Below, in pieces: positions 45,248-54,077 of a stretch of DNA of 60,777 nucleotides. Position numbers and translations under genes: made by a program. The first letter of the stretch is position 1, and each line of letters starts with the position of its first letter. This DNA is from Bdellovibrionales bacterium (GTDB lineage Bacteria; Bdellovibrionota; Bdellovibrionia; Bdellovibrionales; JAMPXM01), in NCBI GenBank assembly GCA_043746635.1, contig JAYTQQ010000191.1, forward strand, positions 1 to 60,777, given 5' to 3'. The notes below the pieces were generated by a model. That model had not been told where the DNA came from. It made no database searches and saw only the letters and a program-made list of their open reading frames with translations.

Positions 45248-46369
45248 ATGAGTAAAACAACAAATTCTTCTCTCTCAAGGCAGGGCCGTATCAAGCCTAA
45301 CAAAAAAACTATTCTAGCTAAGGCAGTGAAGCTTTCGTCGAAGACTTCTTCGAAAAAGGCAATGGCGCGCAAGCTTGAGCTTCCAAAAGAAATTTTGCTC
45401 GCCATGCACGAACATATGGTGACGGCGCGGGTCCTTGAAGAGCGCCTTATTAAGCTCTACCGCACGGGTGACGCTTACTTCTGGATTGGCGGAGCAGGCG
45501 AGGAAGCCTTCGGAGTTCCGCTCGGTATGCTCACGCATAAAGGCCATGGCCCTGAATATGATTATTTACATCTTCACTATCGTGGGACGCCAACACTTGT
45601 GGCTCTCGGCATGCCGATGATCGATTCGATTCGTTTGCAGATGAATCGGTCAACGGATCCTTCAACGGGCGGAAGAAATTTTTGTAATCACTACTGTTTT
45701 CCCGAGTTCAACGTCGTGCCTGTAGGTTCTCCGATTGAAGTTCAGTACGGAATGGCGATCGGCACGGGTATCGTTCAAAGGCGCTTAAACCAACAAGGCA
45801 AAAAGGGAATTACGATTGTCACCGGCGGTGACGCAGGTTCGGCTGAAGGTGATTTTGCTTCTTGTTTGATTTGGTCTTCTCGTCCCGGACAAGAATTGCC
45901 GATGCTGATCACGGTTCAAAATAATCGCGTCGGAATTTCGACTGACTACGGCTCTCAGCATGGTGAAAAATATGTTTCCGATCGTGGTCGCGCCTTCGGT
46001 ATTCGTACGGCAGTTGTAAATGGTAATGATGCTATTGAAACCTATCTCGCTCTTCAGGCTGAAATGGCTTACATCCGTAAAACTGGTAAACCAGTTTTAA
46101 TGGAGTTCATGGTTTCTCGTCTGTACGGTCACTCATCGGCAACCGGTGCGAACCGTGAAAAGGGCAATGACTGCATCGAGCTTCTTGAACGTAAAATGAT
46201 CGACGCAAAAATTATCACTTCACAAAAATGTAAAGAAATTTACGTATCACTCGATGAAGAGTCTCGTCGTATCGCTGAAGAAGTTCGTAAAGAGCCTGTT
46301 CCCCAAGCTGAAAGTATTTGGGATCATATTTACGCGGGCAACGAAAACGCCGATTGGAAAAAATTCTAA
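45248..46369 (+). CDS. Thiamine-diphosphate-dependent 2-oxoacid dehydrogenase E1 alpha subunit
   Basis: TPP-binding block TGGDAGSAEGDF...NN. The layout is typical of E1 alpha. A basic Ser/Lys-rich N-terminal extension of about 45 aa is present. Confidence 0.8.
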   Translation: MSKTTNSSLSRQGRIKPNKKTILAKAVKLSSKTSSKKAMARKLELPKEILLAMHEHMVTARVLEERLIKLYRTGDAYFWIGGAGEEAFGVPLGMLTHKGHGPEYDYLHLHYRGTPTLVALGMPMIDSIRLQMNRSTDPSTGGRNFCNHYCFPEFNVVPVGSPIEVQYGMAIGTGIVQRRLNQQGKKGITIVTGGDAGSAEGDFASCLIWSSRPGQELPMLITVQNNRVGISTDYGSQHGEKYVSDRGRAFGIRTAVVNGNDAIETYLALQAEMAYIRKTGKPVLMEFMVSRLYGHSSATGANREKGNDCIELLERKMIDAKIITSQKCKEIYVSLDEESRRIAEEVRKEPVPQAESIWDHIYAGNENADWKKF

Positions 46370-47433
46370 TGGCAAATATGACTCAAGCTATTCGTATGGC
46401 TTTACACGTTGGCGAATCAAAATTAAATGTCACCGATATTTTTGGACAAGACGTAGGGGCACCGCTCGGCGGAGTGTTCACGGCGACTCAAGGTCTTAAA
46501 ACCGCATGGAATACGCCACTCGATGAGCGCGGAATTATCGGTGCCGCGATGGGCATCGCCCTCACGGGTCATCGCTGCGTTGCCGAAATTCAATTCTGTG
46601 ACTATATTTTTAATACGATCGATCTCATGAAAATTGCCGGTAATACTTTGTGGGTGAGTAACGGCAACTATAATATGCCGATGGTCGTAATGACTCCCGT
46701 TGGTGCGGGAATTCACGGAAGTATTTATCATTCGCATAGCTTCGATGCTTGGGCGACCCGCATGCCCGGCTGGAAGATCGTGATGCCGTCGACACCACTC
46801 GACGCTTACGGGCTCATGCTCTCTGCGATTCAAGATCCAAACCCGGTGTTGTTTTTAAAGCCAAAAGCGTTGATGCGGGTTCGCGGCGAAGAACTCATTC
46901 CCGGCGAGCCGGCAGATGAAAAGGCTTTGAAGGCGATGATCGATCAGCCCGTTGGTGAAAATGAGCGCCTGAAATGGAAGCCAAAATGGCCCGAGCTCGA
47001 CGCTGATTTTTCAATCTCGATCGGTAAAGGCAAAATCACTCGTGAGGGCGATGCCGCGACTCTGGTGAGTTACGGAAGGTCCTTACTATTTTGTAACCAA
47101 GTAGCAGATCAATTGAAAGAACAGGGTCGCCACGTTGAGGTGATCGATATGCGATCACTCTATCCATATGATTGGCAGATGATTAAAGAGAGCGTTTTAA
47201 AAACGAAGAGAGTTCTATTCGTTAATGAAGACACAGAGGTCACAAATTTTGGTGAGCATTTAGCCTACCGTGCGACGACTGAACTGTTCTATAATCTTCA
47301 TGCACGGCCGCGTGTTTTGGCGGGTAAGAACATTCCGGGAGTGGGTCTTCACCAAAATCTTGAAAAAGCAACGGTGCCTCAGCTTCAAGACATTATGAGA
47401 GAGACTCTTGATCTTCTCGATGAGGTCCCATGA
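46369..47433 (+). CDS. 2-oxoacid dehydrogenase E1 beta subunit
   Basis: TAATG overlap with the alpha gene. Transketolase-like pyrimidine-binding region (FGQDVG...GGVF; IAEIQFCDYI) and the C-terminal domain are present. Confidence 0.8.
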   Translation: MANMTQAIRMALHVGESKLNVTDIFGQDVGAPLGGVFTATQGLKTAWNTPLDERGIIGAAMGIALTGHRCVAEIQFCDYIFNTIDLMKIAGNTLWVSNGNYNMPMVVMTPVGAGIHGSIYHSHSFDAWATRMPGWKIVMPSTPLDAYGLMLSAIQDPNPVLFLKPKALMRVRGEELIPGEPADEKALKAMIDQPVGENERLKWKPKWPELDADFSISIGKGKITREGDAATLVSYGRSLLFCNQVADQLKEQGRHVEVIDMRSLYPYDWQMIKESVLKTKRVLFVNEDTEVTNFGEHLAYRATTELFYNLHARPRVLAGKNIPGVGLHQNLEKATVPQLQDIMRETLDLLDEVP

Positions 47434-48248
47434 GTCGTGGTTTAAAGAAAAAGCCGCGGATTCAAGACCCGACTTTTGATAAATATTATTATTACATCAA
47501 TAGCGTTCAGGCTCCGGATAGTGACGTGTTGTTCATGCGTGATACCTATAAAGAACTTCGCGGAAAAACTCCCATGACCATGCGCGAAGATTTTTGCGGT
47601 ACCCACGCGCTTGCGTGCGAATGGGTCAAGCTCGGTCCTAAAAATAGTTCGATCGGATTAGATCTCGACATGGAGCCGATCAATTACGGCCAAGCCCACT
47701 ACGCCTCGAAGCTGACTCCTTTCCAGCGTTCGCGCATCCAGATTATGCAAGCTGATGTTCTCAATCCAGGCCTGCCAAAAGCCGACATTATTTGCGCGAT
47801 GAATTTTTCTCATTATGTTTTCAAAGAACGTCAGCTGATGAAATCTTATTTTCACAATTGCCTGACAACTTTGAATGACTCAGGAATTTTATTGATCGAT
47901 TGTTTTGGCGGGCCAGCTTGCCAAAAAGAAAATCAAGATATGACCAAACACAAAGGTTTCAATTACTATTGGCACCAACGTAGTTTTGATCCCATTTCAA
48001 ACAACGCTGTCTTTAATATTCACTACAAACCCGACGCAAAACCCAAAGTCGAAAACGTCTTCACTTACGACTGGAGAATGTGGTCGATTCCGGAACTTCG
48101 CGAGATGATGAACGAAGTTGGATTTCAGAAAACCTACGTTTACTGGGAGGGTACAACCCGCGCGGGCGAGGGTGACGGCAAATTTGCCCGAACCGAAACT
48201 GGTGAAGAGTGTCTCGCTTGGATCGCCTACATCGTAGGAACCAAGTAA
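47430..48248 (+). CDS. Class I SAM-dependent methyltransferase
   Basis: ATGA overlap with E1 beta. Motif I-like EDFCGTHALACEW and a post-I acidic motif LDLD. Confidence 0.65.
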   Translation: MSRGLKKKPRIQDPTFDKYYYYINSVQAPDSDVLFMRDTYKELRGKTPMTMREDFCGTHALACEWVKLGPKNSSIGLDLDMEPINYGQAHYASKLTPFQRSRIQIMQADVLNPGLPKADIICAMNFSHYVFKERQLMKSYFHNCLTTLNDSGILLIDCFGGPACQKENQDMTKHKGFNYYWHQRSFDPISNNAVFNIHYKPDAKPKVENVFTYDWRMWSIPELREMMNEVGFQKTYVYWEGTTRAGEGDGKFARTETGEECLAWIAYIVGTK

Positions 48249-48317
48249 TGATGAAATGGTTCGTCTCCTTCATTGGCTTTCGGATGATCGCAACCGTATC
48301 GCTTCGCTCATTCCACT

Positions 48318-48836
48318 TCATGATTTGAGCTCTTCCATGGTGAACAGTGCTTTATATTCGAGGCCTGCCGCTTTGATCTTTTCAGTTTTTCCTTCGCTTC
48401 TGTCGATGACGCAAATCACTTTATTCACGATGCCACCAATTGAACGCAGGTCAGTTGCGCTCTCAACAATTTGACCTCCGGTCGTGATGACATCTTCAAT
48501 CAGGGTAATATTTTTACCTTTGATGTTTGGGCCTTCCGCAAACTTTTGAGTGCCGTAGTCTTTTGCTTTCTTTCGAACGAAAGTGATCGGTAAGCCTGTT
48601 TTGAGTGCGAGGATCGTCGCGAGAGGGATACCTCCCATTTCGAGGGCACCTAAAAATTCTGTTTCGGTTGGTATGAGATGTTGCATCTGTTCTGCGATCT
48701 CACTGAGCAGAATGGGACTTGATTCAAACTGATACTTATCAAAATATTCATTCGAGATTTTTCCAGACCTAAGTTTGAATTCGCCGGTGAGATGAGCAAC
48801 TTTAAAAATTTCACGACATAATTCTTTGCGGTTCAT
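48318..48836 (-). CDS. pyrE: Orotate phosphoribosyltransferase (short form)
   Basis: PRPP-binding loop ITLIEDVITTGG. 172 aa. Confidence 0.85.
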   Translation of the reverse strand: MNRKELCREIFKVAHLTGEFKLRSGKISNEYFDKYQFESSPILLSEIAEQMQHLIPTETEFLGALEMGGIPLATILALKTGLPITFVRKKAKDYGTQKFAEGPNIKGKNITLIEDVITTGGQIVESATDLRSIGGIVNKVICVIDRSEGKTEKIKAAGLEYKALFTMEELKS

Positions 48837-49150
48837 TTTGTTTCCTCTCGCGCTTGCCTTTCGATCGGTCTCTGTTTGTCCCTGTTCCTGATGTAATTAA
48901 CTGGCATACATTCTGCTTTATGAACTGTATAGTGACCTCTTCAAGGATGAAAAGAGTATGCTTCAACAGATTTACAAACAGCTCACTCAATTCAAAAAGA
49001 TGGATGTCGTTCACATGTCATACTTCTTTTTCGTTCTGCTGACACTCACTTTTGCAATGATTGCTCTCGTTCGGTCCTTGCCCACGAGCTAAAAAGCCGT
49101 CTGCCAAACGAGAGTTTTTCTTTTTCACAAAGAGACTGCGGCGCAGCACC

Positions 49151-50026
49151 CTAAGAACTCGTCTTTAAATCAATCGAAGGTTGTTTCTTGAGGTGACGCT
49201 CTGTGGGTTTTTTCTTTTCGGGAGGGTCTTCGTCATATTCTGAGCTCAGTAAGCTTAAGTTCTTATGGAGATCAAAAGGCTTCTTGAAGCTCTGTTCGTG
49301 CGATAAAAAATCAACGTAGAGTGGAGGTAAGTTTTGGAGTTTAGTCTCGAGTCTCAAAGAATTGAGGTCGACGGTTCGATCACTGAGAGTATGCATGCTT
49401 TGCTTTCGTTTGAGAGAAGAAAGCATGCGGTATTTATTGAGCTGAGAAATACGGAGCTCACTATTCTGAGAAACAAAATCAATCAAAAGTCGTGTCCGCT
49501 CAAGAGAGAATGCATAAATTTCTCTTTCGGCTCGTAATGCAGACTCTTCTTTACTCTGCATGCATTCTGTTTTTCGTTTTAAATAAAGACTCGTAATAAT
49601 TTTTGCGATTTCTTTTTTATGGAGTGCAACTTCATCATCGCCGAATTTCCTTTTAAGTCTTCGCACCCAACGACCACTCGATCTGGCAGAGTCGCACTCG
49701 CCGATTTGCGTGCCCCAAGTTTGAATCGAATCTAAATATTTTTTTTGGAGACGCACCATCGTTCGGTCTTCATTAACCGGATCTAGATTCTGAGAGCGCA
49801 AATATCTCTGCCAACGTGAATACATTTCGGGATGTCCACGGCTTACCACATCCTCGATAAGTTTCAGTAAAGTATCGGTGTTCAGATTGGCATCGTCGAG
49901 ACTAGGACCTTCGGATTTCAGTTCGGGGGGAGCGATTAGAATTTTTGGACTTCCGAGTTGAACTGAACCGAAAACGGATGTCTGCAGAAAGTTCAGCGCA
50001 ATGAGAATTCCGAAGAATCGAATCAC
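49151..50026 (-). CDS. Secreted, mostly helical hypothetical protein (291 aa)
   Basis: Signal peptide MIRFFGILIALNFLQTSVFG. It is charged and helical, with a basic C-terminus. It overlaps the upstream gene by 4 nt. Confidence 0.55.
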   Translation of the reverse strand: MIRFFGILIALNFLQTSVFGSVQLGSPKILIAPPELKSEGPSLDDANLNTDTLLKLIEDVVSRGHPEMYSRWQRYLRSQNLDPVNEDRTMVRLQKKYLDSIQTWGTQIGECDSARSSGRWVRRLKRKFGDDEVALHKKEIAKIITSLYLKRKTECMQSKEESALRAEREIYAFSLERTRLLIDFVSQNSELRISQLNKYRMLSSLKRKQSMHTLSDRTVDLNSLRLETKLQNLPPLYVDFLSHEQSFKKPFDLHKNLSLLSSEYDEDPPEKKKPTERHLKKQPSIDLKTSS

Positions 50027-50736
50027 ACAAATTCTTTCAGCGCTGCTTCAATCGTAAAACGCGAGACACGCTCGACATTTTCATTAACACTTGCCGAAAT
50101 AATTCGGATGTTTGTTCCGTCGGGGCTTTCAATTATAGGAACTGGGCCAAAAGCAAAAATAAATTTGTAAGCATTATCTTTGAGAGATTGCTGAACAATC
50201 TCGTCACCGGCATACTTGCGAATGGCTCTGGTCCAGTCAACGACGCAAAAATAAAGGGCTTCGAGTTCATGTTTTTTCTGAGTCGCGGACGCAGCTTCAG
50301 AAATTTCTGCAGATACTTTTGCTGAAAAACGTTTGTTAAAATCTTTGACCGAATTCTGCAAATGTGTCTGAATTTCAGTGATCGTCGGAGTTTTTTTAAG
50401 CGAAAGATTAATCTGGCCAGAAGATAATTGATCAACGACCGAGTCTGCTTCATGAACCGTGATACCTGAAATTTCATCGACAAAAACGTAAGTCAGATCT
50501 TGAGCGGCATCTTCAGTTGCGCGATAATTTGCAATTAAGACTGATTTTTTTTCTGGTCCAGAACTAAATCCAATTAAATAGCCTTGAATATATTGACCAG
50601 ATTTGAGGTAAATACTCACAACGGGTACTTTTTGGCCCTTGATGGCTGCCGCTTCTTGAAAAACTTCGGTGAGTCGATCGAGACTTGAAAGAACGCCCAG
50701 TTGGGGGATGCCTACCAGCTGCGTTATATTGAACAT
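50023..50736 (-). CDS. Hypothetical cytoplasmic protein, possible N-terminal Sm-like fold (237 aa)
   Basis: No signal peptide. The segment VPVVSIYLKSGQYIQGYLIGFSS...SVLIANY...DLTYVFVDEISGITV resembles the Sm/Hfq strand pattern. This is by eye only. Confidence 0.45.
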   Translation of the reverse strand: MFNITQLVGIPQLGVLSSLDRLTEVFQEAAAIKGQKVPVVSIYLKSGQYIQGYLIGFSSGPEKKSVLIANYRATEDAAQDLTYVFVDEISGITVHEADSVVDQLSSGQINLSLKKTPTITEIQTHLQNSVKDFNKRFSAKVSAEISEAASATQKKHELEALYFCVVDWTRAIRKYAGDEIVQQSLKDNAYKFIFAFGPVPIIESPDGTNIRIISASVNENVERVSRFTIEAALKEFV

Positions 50737-50882
50737 AATGGCCTCAAAGTTAAAGATTCTAGTCGTAATTATGAAGTGAATCGTTTGGTGGGGTCAAGCG
50801 CTCCGAAGCTTATTTTGTGACTTAAAGTCGTTCACGAAAAATAAGGCTGTGCAGGCCTATCGAATTTTGTTTCAATGAAAGG

Positions 50883-51917
50883 ATGGTTCCCTTAGATCGC
50901 AAAAACTTAAAGATTGTTCAATTCAACCTCGAGAATTTCTTCGTTTACATGGATCACCCGATTCAAACGAGCTTGGACCAAATTTCTGAAACAGATTGGC
51001 AGAAGCAATCGATTTCGACTTTCGATAATAAATCGCTTCATGGTACTCGCGAAATTGCGAGATGTATTCGCGACATGAACGCTGATGTTTACGCGCTTTG
51101 TGAAGTCGGCGGAATTGAGTCGATTACGAACTTTGCCAAATATTTTCTGAACGAAGAGTACAAGGCTTTTTCAATCGAAGGAAATTCAGATCGTGGAATC
51201 GACCTTGCCTATCTGGTGAAATCGGATCTGCCGCTGAAGGTTGAGCTTCGAACTCATAAAGACCGCCCGATCGATTTTTTGTACCCACACGAACGTCAAA
51301 GTGTTTTGGGTGGATATTTGGATCCGAAGCATAGTTTGAAATTCTCTCGTGACGTATTAGAAATGAGACTTTTTCAAAAAGGCAAAGTAAACCCAGAGAT
51401 CGTGATACTGAATGTTCATCTCAAATCACAACTCGATAAAGATAACATCGACCCGCTCGGAAAAGATCGTCGCAAAGCCGAACTCGAAAAACTCCTCATT
51501 ATTTACGCAGAAATTTACGGAGAGTTTGAGAAAAAAGTGCCAGTTTTGATCGCCGGAGATTTCAACGGAATCGCTTCTAGTCAAACAACTGATGCCGAAT
51601 TCATAAGTCTTCACAAAAAGACGGCACTGAAAGATGTGTTCGACATTGCAAATATTTCGGCTGAGAAGCGGGTCACTCAGCTTCAATTTGCCCCATCCGG
51701 AAAATGTTGGAAGAAACAGTTCGATTATATTTTTGTATCTCCGAATCTGATAGACCTGGTGATTGCCGAAGAAACTTTGGTCTATCGATTTAAAGATGAA
51801 TTTGGAGTCGAAATGAATTTGCCTTCGACGCTGAATGAAAAAAGAAAGCTCGCGTCGGACCACTACCCAGTTATGACGTCAATCCGCACAGGCGTTGACA
51901 TTCCAGATTCCGAATGA
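50883..51917 (+). CDS. Endonuclease/exonuclease/phosphatase (EEP) family protein
   Basis: N-terminal motif KIVQFNLENFF, mid motif AGDFN and C-terminal catalytic His context ASDHYPV. Confidence 0.75.
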   Translation: MVPLDRKNLKIVQFNLENFFVYMDHPIQTSLDQISETDWQKQSISTFDNKSLHGTREIARCIRDMNADVYALCEVGGIESITNFAKYFLNEEYKAFSIEGNSDRGIDLAYLVKSDLPLKVELRTHKDRPIDFLYPHERQSVLGGYLDPKHSLKFSRDVLEMRLFQKGKVNPEIVILNVHLKSQLDKDNIDPLGKDRRKAELEKLLIIYAEIYGEFEKKVPVLIAGDFNGIASSQTTDAEFISLHKKTALKDVFDIANISAEKRVTQLQFAPSGKCWKKQFDYIFVSPNLIDLVIAEETLVYRFKDEFGVEMNLPSTLNEKRKLASDHYPVMTSIRTGVDIPDSE

Positions 51918-51959
51918 TGAAGTTGAAGTGGTATTTATAACTTTTTAAAAAAGCAGGAA

Positions 51960-52208
51960 ATGATGTCAAGCGAAGACGCACTCAAAGCAGAAATCGAAAA
52001 ACTCAAAGCAGAAAACGAAAAATTAAAAAAGCCTTCTCGCGGAACTATTTCGATGAAAGTCAGCGAAAAGGGCGGACTCTCTGTTTATGGTCTCGGGCGT
52101 TTTCCGGTAACGCTTTATAAAGAGCAGTGGTCGAAACTTTTAGCCGTGAGTGATTCTATTTTAGAATTTATTGAAGCAAATAACGATCAACTTAAAACTA
52201 AAGAGTGA
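51960..52208 (+). CDS. Small coiled-coil protein (82 aa) coupled to pfk
   Basis: The N-terminal helix is EDALKAEIEKLKAENEKLKK, followed by KVSEKGGLSVYGLGRFPVTLYKEQW. The stop overlaps the pfk GTG start (GTGA 52205-52208). Confidence 0.6.
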   Translation: MMSSEDALKAEIEKLKAENEKLKKPSRGTISMKVSEKGGLSVYGLGRFPVTLYKEQWSKLLAVSDSILEFIEANNDQLKTKE

Positions 52209-53257
52209 AATCAAAAGTTTCTAATAAAAAACGTATCGCGGTTCTCACTGCGGGCGGCGATGCGCCAGGCCTGAACGGAATTATCGAAGCAAGCTGCCGA
52301 AGCTTGCTGATGGCCGGTTACGAAATCATTGGCGTATGCGATGGCTTCGAAGGAATATTTGAAGGGCGAACGAAGCCTATCAATTTCGAAACTCTTCGAG
52401 GTCTTCATTCCCAAGCGGGAACTTATCTCGGCAGCTCCAACCGCGCGACCGTTCGAAAACGTGAAAAAGAATTTGTTCAAAAATATAAAGCACTCAACGT
52501 TCGCGGACTTCTCGTCGCGGGCGGCGACGGAACTTTCAACTCTCTCTCTCTCGTCGCAAAAGATATTCCTTTGATTGGAGTTCCTAAAACGATCGACAAC
52601 GATTTATCGGGCACCGAAGTCACCTTTGGTTTTGATACTGCATGCGCGGTGGTGAGTGATTCAGTTGACGCTCTTCGGGCAACGGCCGATGCGCACAAAC
52701 GTGTGATCATCGTCGAAACCATGGGTCGAACTTCTGGCTGGATCGCTCTCGGCGGTGGACTCGCAGGTTACGCCGACGCGATTCTTATTCCTGAACGTCC
52801 TTACAATAAAAAGAAATTCTTAGAATTTTTGCGCCATCAACAAAATCGAGGCGCCCGCGGAATTCTCATCGTCGTCAGTGAAGGTGCTAAAGCCCAAGGC
52901 GAAAAAGCCCAAGTGGCATTCAAAGTAAAAGATAGTCCCGAAGCCGATCGTCTCGGTGGAATCGGACAGAGCCTCGCCCGTTGGATCGAAAAAGAAATCG
53001 CCTGGGAATCTCGTCATGTCGTGCTCGGTCATCTGCAGCGTGCACGACATCCGACAACGACAGATCGCTTTCTAACTCTCGCTATGGGGGTTGAAGTCGC
53101 ACGCCTCGTGCAAAAAGATCAGTGGGGATACGCAGCCGTCTACCGCGAGGGCCGCGTAACCAAAGCACCGCTAGGCGATCTCATGAAGGCCGCAAGGCTT
53201 GTCGATCCAAATCATCGATGGGTGAAACTCGCCCAAGCATTACAAATTTTCATTTAG
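52205..53257 (+). CDS. pfk: 6-phosphofructokinase
   Basis: Motifs TAGGDAPGLNG, VAGGDGTFNS, GVPKTIDNDL and ETMGRTSGWIA. GGDGT is the ATP-type residue, while PKTIDND carries the Lys seen in PPi-type or group III enzymes. Confidence 0.88.
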   Translation: MKSKVSNKKRIAVLTAGGDAPGLNGIIEASCRSLLMAGYEIIGVCDGFEGIFEGRTKPINFETLRGLHSQAGTYLGSSNRATVRKREKEFVQKYKALNVRGLLVAGGDGTFNSLSLVAKDIPLIGVPKTIDNDLSGTEVTFGFDTACAVVSDSVDALRATADAHKRVIIVETMGRTSGWIALGGGLAGYADAILIPERPYNKKKFLEFLRHQQNRGARGILIVVSEGAKAQGEKAQVAFKVKDSPEADRLGGIGQSLARWIEKEIAWESRHVVLGHLQRARHPTTTDRFLTLAMGVEVARLVQKDQWGYAAVYREGRVTKAPLGDLMKAARLVDPNHRWVKLAQALQIFI

Positions 53258-53297
53258 ATCCTTTTCGGGCGTTGCTGGCGGAACGGACGGCACTCCC

Positions 53298-54071
53298 TTA
53301 CGGAATGGACAAGGTATCGTATAGATCTTCTGTTTCGCTCAGCAAAGTTCGGCCCCGTACCGCAAAAGTTGAGTCGCGCTTAGAAGAAAATCCCGGACGC
53401 ACGAGAACTTCAAAGCCCGAAGCTCTCAATGCGCGTTTCAAGACTCCGGTGCACGCATAAGTCGCGAATACGCAATCTGGTGCGCAAGCTTTTTTAAAAA
53501 ACTCTACCAGAAATTCTTCGGTCCAAAGTTCGGGAGAAGACTTCGAACTGAAGGCATCAAACAAGACGCAAGAAAATTTCTCAGTGAAGGCCGTTTTATC
53601 TGTCAAAGTTTCACGAAGCTGCACGAGAGATAAATATTTTTTTACGTTGGCGACCGAGCAACCGACAAGCTCCGCCGAAGATTTCAACGTTTGATCGTAG
53701 ACTTTTTGAAACTCCAAGGGAACGTCGTCATTTCGTACCCAGCTCGCAAAGTGATCCCGCAATCGCGAGTCGATCTCGAAACTTTCTGCCTGAAAATCTC
53801 GTAATAGAAGAGCTGAGAGCAAAATCTCGCAGTAGCCGAGGCCCAATCCTACAGAGAGGAATCGGGGAGCAAGCTCCCGCGTGATGACTTCACGAATTGC
53901 ATAGCCGTAAATGTAGTTTGTCTCTGAAAAAGCACCACGTAAACTATGCATGCACTCAGAGACCGTACTCGACTCAGGGTCGATAAAACGCATGGTGAAG
54001 CTGTCATCGTCGGTGACTTCGAACAAATACCAATCATTCATAGACTTTTCATCAGAGTTGGGCGAAAGCAT
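53298..54071 (-). CDS. MnmC-N-terminal-like (DUF752) SAM-dependent methyltransferase
   Basis: FDAFSSKSSPELWTEEF matches the DAF(S/A)P..NPELW block of the MnmC methyltransferase domain. The start is uncertain: ATG 54071 or 54041 is possible, and TTG 54188 is unlikely. Confidence 0.65.
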   Translation of the reverse strand: MLSPNSDEKSMNDWYLFEVTDDDSFTMRFIDPESSTVSECMHSLRGAFSETNYIYGYAIREVITRELAPRFLSVGLGLGYCEILLSALLLRDFQAESFEIDSRLRDHFASWVRNDDVPLEFQKVYDQTLKSSAELVGCSVANVKKYLSLVQLRETLTDKTAFTEKFSCVLFDAFSSKSSPELWTEEFLVEFFKKACAPDCVFATYACTGVLKRALRASGFEVLVRPGFSSKRDSTFAVRGRTLLSETEDLYDTLSIP

Positions 54072-54077
54072 AAACCT

